64,000 nucleotides of DNA. Source: a virus. Shown in pieces: positions 1 through 7,627 of this stretch. Below the pieces are notes generated by a model. The model was not told where the DNA came from. It did no database searches and saw nothing but the letters and a program-made list of their open reading frames with translations. The position numbers and the translations under genes are program-made. The stretch lies in IMG/VR virus record IMGVR_UViG_3300009130_000013, positions 1-64,000 of that record, one strand, 5' to 3'. Numbering within the stretch: position 1 is the stretch's first letter; every line of letters begins with the position of its first letter.

Positions 1-520
1 CGAAGTTTTTAAACTTCCAAATCTGCATTGGGCAGGTATTGGTTCGGTTGTACAACCCCAAAGTATATTCCAAATTAAAGATACAATGAAATGGTTCCTA
101 GACGGATACAGACAATACTATCCAAAGCATAGAGGCATATCATTTTTGCCAATTGTTGATCCAATGTTCTTATCAATATGTTGGTTGGACGATGATCATA
201 AAGCAGAGATAAATGTATTGCTTGATGAATGTATTGATGAATACAAAATGAACAAAAGAGAAATTCAATGGTTCCGTACTATTCGTTCAGAACTGAATAG
301 AGAAATTAGCGGACATTCTACACAAGCAATATCACCAGGTAGAAAGAAACGTTTGATGTTACAATTTGTTAGACACCAAATGGCATTAGATGAAGTACGT
401 GGTACAGATACTCTTGCTATAGAACCTAAGTTACAACGATACTATGATAGGTGTAAAAACGATTTCCAATCAGATGTATTACAGTTTGATATCGAGGGCG
501 TAGTAAACGGACCAGCATAA
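1..520 (+). CDS. C-terminal part of a probable radical SAM protein (5' truncated by window edge)
   Basis: Frame is open from the window start. C-terminus QFVRHQMALDEVRGTDTLAIEPKL resembles the F..ft..LD..R.....PEL tail of the radical SAM paralogues at 14865, 16640 and 19675. Confidence 0.55.
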   Translation, partial: EVFKLPNLHWAGIGSVVQPQSIFQIKDTMKWFLDGYRQYYPKHRGISFLPIVDPMFLSICWLDDDHKAEINVLLDECIDEYKMNKREIQWFRTIRSELNREISGHSTQAISPGRKKRLMLQFVRHQMALDEVRGTDTLAIEPKLQRYYDRCKNDFQSDVLQFDIEGVVNGPA

Positions 521-628
521 ATGAAATATATTGATTACGTTTTACAACGAATCAATATTATAGGAAATAAACACATACTAGAATTTCCTATAACACTAGA
601 GTCAATTGAAAGGTTGAGGAAAAATAAA

Positions 629-856
629 ATGAGTATAGAAGCAATACACGTGATAAAGTTTCTGAGCAAACAATTAGACGTAGATGAAAAGCTCGTAACA
701 CCTAATGCTAATCTTATAGATGATTTAGGAGCAGATGATTTCACTATGATTGAAGTTGTAATGGGCGTCGAAAAAGAATTTAATGTAAAAATATCAGACG
801 ATCAAGCTCAAGATATCACAACTGTACAAGATATTATAGACATTATTATTAAATAA
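629..856 (+). CDS. acyl carrier protein-like protein lacking the phosphopantetheine Ser
   Basis: SD GAGG before ATG629. QLDVDEKLVTPNANLIDDLGADDFTMIEVVMGVEKEFNVKISDDQAQDITTVQD aligns with AcpP, but DSL is replaced by DDF. Confidence 0.85.
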   Translation: MSIEAIHVIKFLSKQLDVDEKLVTPNANLIDDLGADDFTMIEVVMGVEKEFNVKISDDQAQDITTVQDIIDIIIK

Positions 857-948
857 TCAGCCTATTTTACTAGTTGCAACCTCCCGCGAGTGACACAATA
901 TGTTGTGTCACGACAATTATTTCTAATCTTTTTTCAAAAATCCAATAA

Positions 949-1016
949 TATCAATGACTTACAACTCCAAAAAAGACGTCATTTTGGTTGACAAATTGGC
1001 CAAAAGACTGTATTAT
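949..1016 (+). promoter_or_regulatory. early sigma70-type promoter with upstream IHF-consensus site (copy 1)
   Basis: TATCAAtgacTTA 949-961; TTGACA 988-993; 17 bp spacer; TATTAT 1011-1016. Confidence 0.8.
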
Positions 1017-1049
1017 AGTAGTATAGTTAATAAAAAGGAGTAACAAAAT

Positions 1050-1316
1050 ATGTCAAATCTTACTAATGTTTTAAAAGAAATAGACAAAATGGACAGCACA
1101 GAAATTAATACAGTTGTTCAAGCAATTAAAAACAGAAGAAATGCTATAGCAAAAAATAGTGTTTTAGGTTTTCAAGTTGGTGATAAAGTAGAGTTTAATG
1201 CCAGAGGTGGTGTTATTACAGGTACTATTACTAAAAAAGCAATCAAAAATATTACAGTAGATACTGGTGCTGGCAACTGGAGAGTATCAGCAACACTACT
1301 TAGAAAGGCGGCTTAA
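1050..1316 (+). CDS. small early protein, SH3/KOW-like; paralogue of 32774..33064
   Basis: SD AAGGAG. FQVGDKVEF...GTITKKAIKNITV...WRVSATLLRKAA matches FIKGENVTF...IIRKINPKTIEV...WKVAPTYLNKVA. Confidence 0.7.
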   Translation: MSNLTNVLKEIDKMDSTEINTVVQAIKNRRNAIAKNSVLGFQVGDKVEFNARGGVITGTITKKAIKNITVDTGAGNWRVSATLLRKAA

Positions 1317-1522
1317 TGTCAAAAGTTAAAAATTGGGCTTGGGATAAAGCAGAAGATAAACTAGACGACGTAGTTGAAAAAGTTGAAAAAGGTTTATTAA
1401 CCAAAAGCCAAGCAGTAAAAGAAATACAAGACGCTGATGAAAATTGGGGTTTATTAGGTTTTGATACTGTTGATGATGTTATTGACTTTATTGATGAAAT
1501 AGAAATACAGGTAACAGCCTAA
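1316..1522 (+). CDS. hypothetical early protein
   Basis: TAATG coupling with neighbours. Confidence 0.7.
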   Translation: MSKVKNWAWDKAEDKLDDVVEKVEKGLLTKSQAVKEIQDADENWGLLGFDTVDDVIDFIDEIEIQVTA

Positions 1523-1782
1523 TGAGAAATGTTAATCCATATCTTTGTAAAAAAGGTTATTACATTACAGAGCAACACTTTGGTGATATACCAGGTGACG
1601 GATATAAGTTAATTGACACATCAGATTTAAGAGGTCCTTTTAAAACATTAAAAAGAGCTCAGGAAATTTTTAGCAGTATGTTTACTAAAGAAGATTGGAA
1701 CTTTGGTATTAGAGGTCCTGAACATGATAATGATAATAAAGGATATAATACTATTTGGTATAACGTTAAGGAGACAGGATGA
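1522..1782 (+). CDS. hypothetical early protein
   Basis: TAATG coupling. Confidence 0.7.
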   Translation: MRNVNPYLCKKGYYITEQHFGDIPGDGYKLIDTSDLRGPFKTLKRAQEIFSSMFTKEDWNFGIRGPEHDNDNKGYNTIWYNVKETG

Positions 1783-2198
1783 AAGCAGATATTAAACCGT
1801 TAGTTGATTTATTTAAAAAGCCTTCCATTACGGAAGTTGAGATTGTTTATGAAACTCTCGGAGTTAAAATATCTGAGACTTTAATGTTAGGTTTAGAAAA
1901 ATCAACCGACCGTCTTTATGTTTTTGAATGGATGGTATATAACGAAGGCACACCAGCTGAAACAGGCGACTGGGTGGCTGGACGTTTTTTAACTTTTGAA
2001 AATAACAGTTGGGTCAGCAGACATACAAGCCCTGTTGTTAAGTTTAAAACTTATGAAGAAATTACAAAGTACTGGAATGAGAATATGGTTCTTCATCCAG
2101 GACCAAACCCAGGTACAAAAGAATATGATGATATGATCCTCAACAGTTACATTTGTGAGATGTCGGAAGGTATGGCTTCTCTCTCACACGTAGGATGA
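1779..2198 (+). CDS. hypothetical protein
   Basis: ATGA overlap, SD GGAG. Confidence 0.65.
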   Translation: MKADIKPLVDLFKKPSITEVEIVYETLGVKISETLMLGLEKSTDRLYVFEWMVYNEGTPAETGDWVAGRFLTFENNSWVSRHTSPVVKFKTYEEITKYWNENMVLHPGPNPGTKEYDDMILNSYICEMSEGMASLSHVG

Positions 2199-2403
2199 AA
2201 GAATTCTTGCTAGTTACTAGTAAGGAGTTCGAGAATGTTTTTGCCGGTGCGGCTGTTTAGAACTCGAACATAATGAAGATAAAAAAAAACAAATCGCGAG
2301 TCACTCTTTTTTGGCTTTTTATATAAGACTCACAAACTGATAAAAACGCCAAGTCAACTTTAAGTTAGTTTCTTTGACTTTAAATTAAAAACAGCACGTG
2401 AAG

Positions 2404-2455
2404 ATGCTCCGGCGAATTACTCCTAACCCGAGTTAACTGTTGGAGCATTTTTTTA
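2404..2455 (+). terminator. Rho-independent terminator-like hairpin
   Basis: ATGCTCC...GGAGCAT stem followed by a T run. Confidence 0.55.
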
Positions 2456-2769
2456 ACCTTTGGAGGAAGGGTTATGACAAGGAGGAATTTAAAGGATCAA
2501 GTATATCCTGCTTGTGTTGGTTTGGGCAGAACTGGATTGTACCCAAACAGAGTTCACGAAGTTTGGAATGATCAAGTATTAAGACCAGTACCATTTCTAT
2601 ATATGTTTATACCTATGAGATGGCTGGACTGGAATAACAAAGGAGTTATGTTAAAATGGAACAAGAATTAGTCCCCCTAGTTGGCTTAGGTTTTATAATG
2701 CTAACATTATTATTTGTAGTATGGATGATGATTAAGTGGAACAAGGAAGATCCACATAAGTAATATATC

Positions 2770-3036
2770 ATGAAACTCATATTAGTACTTTTATTATCAA
2801 TTGTACTAAACGGGTGTGGCGTTATCGCACCAATAGGTACAGCAGGTACTTCTGGATATCAAACTTATAAGACAGTAACAATGGCTAAGGCAGGTGTCGA
2901 CGTGGCCTTAACAGCTAACGACAAACAAACAACAACCGACAAAGCAGTTTCAATACTAGTAGGTCGTGAATGTAAATTAAGTCGTAGTTTAAAAGAGAAA
3001 GACCTTACTGTCTATTGTAAAGAATTAGAAGATTAA
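2770..3036 (+). CDS. putative lipoprotein
   Basis: Hydrophobic signal with LNGC lipobox; TAAGTA late motif 7 nt upstream. Confidence 0.65.
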   Translation: MKLILVLLLSIVLNGCGVIAPIGTAGTSGYQTYKTVTMAKAGVDVALTANDKQTTTDKAVSILVGRECKLSRSLKEKDLTVYCKELED

Positions 3037-3113
3037 CTACCTGTAGCTCAGTTGGATAGAGCGTTAGTTTGCGGAACTAAAGGTCAGGAGTTCGAATCTC
3101 TTCAGGTAGGCCA
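3037..3113 (+). tRNA. tRNA-Arg(GCG)
   Basis: CTACCTG/CAGGTAG acceptor stem, TTAGT-TTGCGGA-ACTAA anticodon arm, TTCGAAT T-loop, encoded CCA. Confidence 0.92.
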
Positions 3114-3307
3114 AGTTTATATTCGATATCTCGTTTAGTTTCTTTAGGTAATTTATAAGGTAATAAGAATAAATCTTGTAGGAACTTTTTATTTTTCTTT
3201 ATATATTCTTCTTTAGTATAGTCAGGTGAACGACCTTCCCAGATAGCTAACTCGTCCTGGTGTTCATTCCATTTGTTGTTACAAAAAAATTCCCAATAAG
3301 AATACAT
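3077..3307 (-). CDS. hypothetical protein; 3' end overlaps tRNA-Arg antisense
   Basis: 76 aa ORF with TAAGTA 7 nt upstream of the ATG. Confidence 0.6.
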   Translation of the reverse strand: MYSYWEFFCNNKWNEHQDELAIWEGRSPDYTKEEYIKKNKKFLQDLFLLPYKLPKETKRDIEYKLGLPEEIRTPDL

Positions 3308-3365
3308 ATACTCTTACTTATCTTAATTAATCATTATATGAGTAGTTAATGGATTATTCTTAAGA

Positions 3366-4826
3366 TTAACTTTCTAATGCTGTAATTCTAGCCTCTAACT
3401 CTTGTATCGTTTTAACCAATAAAGGTACTAGTTTACTTTGGTCTATTCCTTGAGGATCAATTTCAGATGAATGAAATTCTTTAAAGTCACCAATTGCTTT
3501 AGTAGGATTTTCGCCTTGTGTTTCAGCGTCAGCACTTGTATATAATATTGGTTTCATAGCATCTTTGGCTCCTGTAACTGCTTCTGGAACTACACTAGAT
3601 ACTTCGTGTGCTATAAAGCCATCTACTAATGTATTATCGCTGTCTGCTATAAAGTTAAACCTTGCCGGCTTTAATTGTTTTAATCTAGTTGTGGCATCCC
3701 AATCATAGTCAACATTTTCTTTAAGTCTATAATCCGATGAAGTATTATATGTTGTACTCGAACTACTAGTTTGTATTCTGCCAACTAACCCATTGCCGTT
3801 GTTAAAATGCATTAAGTCCCTAGTAGTAGTAAGGTTTGTTTCTATTAGTATCATACCTTGATTACCATCAGCATTTAGTTTGTAGCCAGAACCAGTACCG
3901 TTACCAACCCAGTACCTTGATCTTACATCACCATCACTAGTAACTTCTACCGACCTTGTCGTGCCGTGACCAATGCCCCAACGTTGTCCATTCTGTACAT
4001 AGATACCCGCTGAAACATCTGAACCACTGCCAGTCATACTAGCCTGTGTGGCATGATATAAAACTGTTGAGCCAGCATCAGAACCACTGCCATTGTGTCG
4101 TAAACTGTAAGCGGCTTTGTAATTAGTTTTTGATATAATGGCTAGTGTTTCATCATTGCCCATTAAGTTATTTCCATAACCAGCATAGGTACCATTAGTA
4201 CTTAATGTTCCATCTATACTAGTGGCGCCAGTAAGATCAACACCCGATGAGGTTGTTTCAACTTTTATTGAACCATTGTACATTAATTGTGTTTTTCCAG
4301 CGGCATCGGCCCTGATACCAACAACAGTACCTCCAGGATTCATTACATAAAAGTTACCTGCCCTAACTGATAAATTACCAGTTCCATCTTCTTTAATAAT
4401 AGAGTCACCGCCATCGTGATAAATCTGTAGGTCAGACCCATTGCCAAAGATGGCTTTGTTGTTATCGCCAAAAGTTACATTACCAGTAAGTGTACCGCCT
4501 GCTAAAGGCATCTTTGTTGAGTCAGTAGCAGTAATACCGGTTAAGTTAGAACCATCACCGTGAAACTCATCTGCTTTAATATTAGCATAACTTGTTATAG
4601 TAACATTGCCTGATGTTGTTCCTGTTTCACTAGTATTAATTACAGCAAATTGATCAGCTGATTCATCCCATATGATAGCAACGTTGGCATCACTACCACG
4701 TTCTATTACTATGCCAGCATCAACATCATTGCTACCTGACTTACCTTTGTTTAAACCTATTAGAGGGTCTGATAAGTTAGTAACATCAAAGTTTATTTGT
4801 GTGGCTTTAGGTCTTGTTAATCCCAT
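3366..4826 (-). CDS. tail fibre/spike with C-terminal peptidase S74 intramolecular chaperone
   Basis: G/S/T-rich beta-repeat body; SDYRLKENV...GFIAHEV...IDQSKLVPLLVKTIQELEARI chaperone signature. Confidence 0.9.
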   Translation of the reverse strand: MGLTRPKATQINFDVTNLSDPLIGLNKGKSGSNDVDAGIVIERGSDANVAIIWDESADQFAVINTSETGTTSGNVTITSYANIKADEFHGDGSNLTGITATDSTKMPLAGGTLTGNVTFGDNNKAIFGNGSDLQIYHDGGDSIIKEDGTGNLSVRAGNFYVMNPGGTVVGIRADAAGKTQLMYNGSIKVETTSSGVDLTGATSIDGTLSTNGTYAGYGNNLMGNDETLAIISKTNYKAAYSLRHNGSGSDAGSTVLYHATQASMTGSGSDVSAGIYVQNGQRWGIGHGTTRSVEVTSDGDVRSRYWVGNGTGSGYKLNADGNQGMILIETNLTTTRDLMHFNNGNGLVGRIQTSSSSTTYNTSSDYRLKENVDYDWDATTRLKQLKPARFNFIADSDNTLVDGFIAHEVSSVVPEAVTGAKDAMKPILYTSADAETQGENPTKAIGDFKEFHSSEIDPQGIDQSKLVPLLVKTIQELEARITALES

Positions 4827-4882
4827 ATGGTTGGTTCCTTTTATATATTGTATTTATTATTTTTAAGATAAGTACATATATT

Positions 4883-5557
4883 ATGATATTCGAAACTTCT
4901 CAAGACACATATAATTTCACTGATTTAAATACTGTAAACAATATAGGTATTAAAATATCTGGTGGACTTGATAGTGCTATTCTTTGTTATATGTTATTTA
5001 AAACTATACACGAACAAAAACTTAATACTAATGTATATATTATAACAACTAATATGATTGGCAAAGCATATCAAGTAGAGTATTCTACTAAGGTATGGAA
5101 ATGGTGCTGGAATAAGTTTGAGAATGTTACGTTGAAAGATCATGTTACTAATGAATGTAACCCCGATAATGAAGACTATGCTGAAGTTCAGAGAAAATTA
5201 TTAGACGAACTTTATAATAACAAAACAATTGACAGGCATTATATGGGTGTTACAGCCAATCCTCCAGAAGAAGTATACGAAACTTTTGACGATATTAAAG
5301 GTGGTGATTGGATTGATGCTAGAGATTCAAATACTAAAAAACCACAAACAAGCAAATCTAAAAGCTGGCATCGACCTTTTGTTAACACAAACAAGGCAGG
5401 TATAAAAGAATTATATGACCAGTTTAATCTATTAGAGCCTGGTTCATTGTTTGATCAAACTAGAACCTGTGAGGAATGGACCAACGACTTTAGTAAGCAT
5501 TGTGGTAAGTGTTGGTTTTGTAAAGAACGCTTATGGGGATTTGGTAAGTTAGATTAA
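4883..5557 (+). CDS. QueC-like PP-loop ATPase (7-cyano-7-deazaguanine synthase family)
   Basis: ISGGLDS PP-loop; TRTC...HCGKCWFCKER Zn-binding tail. Confidence 0.75.
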   Translation: MIFETSQDTYNFTDLNTVNNIGIKISGGLDSAILCYMLFKTIHEQKLNTNVYIITTNMIGKAYQVEYSTKVWKWCWNKFENVTLKDHVTNECNPDNEDYAEVQRKLLDELYNNKTIDRHYMGVTANPPEEVYETFDDIKGGDWIDARDSNTKKPQTSKSKSWHRPFVNTNKAGIKELYDQFNLLEPGSLFDQTRTCEEWTNDFSKHCGKCWFCKERLWGFGKLD

Positions 5558-5707
5558 TTAAAAAGCCTGAAGGACAAGGTATCCTAATCCTATAAGCAAT
5601 ATACAATCCGCACAGACACTCCAAACGATATATGCTTTAAACATATGACTCGCCATTCTCTTTATGGGTTCTGGCATTCGACTTGCTAGGTTCCGGATCT
5701 GGTTCAT
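5558..5707 (-). CDS. small membrane protein (49 aa)
   Basis: SD GGAGG; MNQIRNLASRMPEPIKRMASHMFKAYIVWSVCADCILLIGLGYLVLQAF. Confidence 0.5.
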   Translation of the reverse strand: MNQIRNLASRMPEPIKRMASHMFKAYIVWSVCADCILLIGLGYLVLQAF

Positions 5708-5825
5708 CGTTCTGACCCTCCGTAATCATAGCTATATTACAACATGAATTAATAAAATAATACATATACTGCCTCCTTTATAACGACTGTTATTTATAAT
5801 CGGAGGCAGTATTCATGTAATTAAC

Positions 5826-6677
5826 TTACATTGCCGCGGCTATTTTGGCAACTTTAAACATTTCATTAGCTCGTATTAATCTAGTTATACCAATACCTCC
5901 ACCTACTCTAGGTATAAAGTCTAATGATAGGAAGTCATTTAATTCCTGTTCTACACGTTCTTTACCAAACTTACCAAACAACAAGTCAGCATACATACCA
6001 TCACTTATTGTATGAAACATCTCTCTCATCTCCGCTGTGTCTGAGGAGCGTTCAGCTGAACCTATTGTTTCTTGTCCTGCTATAATAACATCTATCTTAG
6101 ATGCTGTACCATCTCCGTTTTGTTTCATATTCCAAAATGGACTAGTATGGTTTGGAAAGTTTTTAATCATACAAGCTCTTCCATTCCAATTTTGGCACAT
6201 ACGTTCTTCGTGTTCATGTGTTAGCTCATCTACTTTGTATATGTCTGCCCATTCTTTATAGTCTTTAGAAACTACATCATGCCTAGAACAAAAGTCCAAA
6301 TGCTCTACTAACTCTTTTTCCATCTCTTCTAACTCTACTATTGTTCCTGGGAATTCAAATTCAAACATAGGAAATATTAAATCGTGTCTACCACTTATAG
6401 GATTTGGCTCTTGCCTATAGGAAGTGGAGACACAAAAAAACCCTGGCGTAGCAGGGTCATTAAGTAATTCATATTCGAGCCACATCTGGCCCGTCTGTGG
6501 CAGAGGCCACACTTGCCCTGAATAGTCATATGTTGAAACTGTAGTTGGATCTTCACAAGCGGCTAATATGCTTAACCTATTTTGTGTATGAACTTCTACG
6601 AAACCCTTGTCAATAAAAAAGGCTCTTAAAGAGCCTGTAACTTCTGCGAATTGTTTTGGTCGTATTAATTGTGTCAT
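5826..6677 (-). CDS. class IIb aaRS catalytic-core paralogue (AsnRS/AspRS-like, no anticodon domain; asparagine synthetase- or EpmA-like)
   Basis: Motif 2 SYRQE..RH..F.MFEFE, ETIGSAER, motif 3 GGGIGITRL; only 283 aa. Confidence 0.85.
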   Translation of the reverse strand: MTQLIRPKQFAEVTGSLRAFFIDKGFVEVHTQNRLSILAACEDPTTVSTYDYSGQVWPLPQTGQMWLEYELLNDPATPGFFCVSTSYRQEPNPISGRHDLIFPMFEFEFPGTIVELEEMEKELVEHLDFCSRHDVVSKDYKEWADIYKVDELTHEHEERMCQNWNGRACMIKNFPNHTSPFWNMKQNGDGTASKIDVIIAGQETIGSAERSSDTAEMREMFHTISDGMYADLLFGKFGKERVEQELNDFLSLDFIPRVGGGIGITRLIRANEMFKVAKIAAAM

Positions 6678-6773
6678 CTTCTTTTTCTCCGGTCAAAAAA
6701 AATTTACTCAAAAAAATTTTGTCATAAGACCGACAAAATTTTCTTCACAAGTATTTATACAAAAGATAATAAA

Positions 6774-6849
6774 TGGCTCCGCGAGCTGGATTCGAACCAG
6801 CGACCCACAGCTTAGAAGGCTGTTGCTCTATCCACTGAGCTATCGCGGA
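6774..6849 (-). tRNA. tRNA-Arg(TCT)
   Basis: Cloverleaf, ACAGC-CTTCTAA-GCTGT, CCA end. Confidence 0.95.
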
Positions 6850-6855
6850 ACAGAG

Positions 6856-6930
6856 TGGAGTTGCGGGTAGGAATCAAACCTACATAAAAAGGATTTGCAA
6901 TCCTTCGCATAATCATTCTGCCACCGCAAC
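6856..6930 (-). tRNA. tRNA-Cys(GCA)
   Basis: AAGGA-TTGCAAA-TCCTT, U discriminator, CCA; atypical T-loop TTTGATT. Confidence 0.9.
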
Positions 6931-6932
6931 AT

Positions 6933-7007
6933 TGGTACACCGTAGGAGAATCGAACTCCTCTTGCCGGGATGAAAACCCGGTGTCCTAACCGATAGACGA
7001 ACGGTGC
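6933..7007 (-). tRNA. tRNA-Glu(TTC)
   Basis: CCGGG-TTTTCAT-CCCGG, CCA end. Confidence 0.95.
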
Positions 7008-7009
7008 CC

Positions 7010-7085
7010 TGGTTCCGGAGAATGGACTTGAACCACTGACACAAGGATTTTCAGTCCTTTGCTCTACCAACTGAGCTACTCCGGA
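7010..7085 (-). tRNA. tRNA-Phe(GAA)
   Basis: AAGGA-CTGAAAA-TCCTT, CCA end. Confidence 0.95.
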
Positions 7086-7095
7086 TTAAGATTAT

Positions 7096-7124
7096 ATTAT
7101 ACATTAAGTTGAATCACTTGTCAA
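7096..7124 (-). promoter_or_regulatory. sigma70-type promoter for the tRNA cluster
   Basis: TTGACA-17-TATAAT on the minus strand just upstream of tRNA-Phe. Confidence 0.75.
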
Positions 7125-7130
7125 GTCATA

Positions 7131-7220
7131 TGGCGGAGAGAGTGAGATTCGAACTCACGAAAGAGTTGCCCCTTTGCTGGTTTTCAAGACCAGTGCTTTC
7201 AACCGCTCAGCCATCTCTCC
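7131..7220 (-). tRNA. tRNA-Ser(TGA)
   Basis: CTGGT-CTTGAAA-ACCAG, long variable arm, CCA end. Confidence 0.95.
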
Positions 7221-7372
7221 TGACGTAATATTTATAGGTGGGGTTAGGAGGCGGACATAAATGCGAAGCTTAAAAATTTTTTTGGTGGGTTACAAATTGC
7301 TACGATTCGTAGCACACGACCAGGCTCCTGTTGTGTAGCACAACGGTGCTACCCAACCACAAATGTCAAGCC

Positions 7373-7627
7373 TTATTGAGTGTCGTCTGGAAGCTCTTCT
7401 GGTTTAGGGATAGTCCAAGTTTCATATGGTATCTGGCGCCATGGAATAGCGTTGCCGTTTGAGTCTAACAGTAGTCCTTCTTCTATCTGACCACACATTA
7501 TTCTAGACCCTCCCGTACGAACGTATAAGCAAGGCTTTACTGTTTCACCATTGTAGGTTTTTTTAATCTGATCTTGTTTTGGTTTTCTATTAACCTTGTA
7601 TCCTGCCATAAAGCCTTTACTAGACAA
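7373..7627 (-). CDS. hypothetical protein
   Basis: ORF; start uncertain. Confidence 0.6.
   Translation of the reverse strand: MSSKGFMAGYKVNRKPKQDQIKKTYNGETVKPCLYVRTGGSRIMCGQIEEGLLLDSNGNAIPWRQIPYETWTIPKPEELPDDTQ

Noticed and set aside
2273-2352. A_AAA_AAC slippery heptamer 7 nt before a pseudoknot (possible -1 frameshift signal)
   Set aside because: The zero-frame ORF is only 17 codons and the -1 frame stops at TGA 2338-2340, so no meaningful fusion product results.
6607-7070. ORFs 6607..6870 and 6840..7070 in the ORF track
   Set aside because: They are shadows of the tRNA cluster with no SD or recognisable protein motifs, unlike the 36975 ORF, whose flanks are protein-like.
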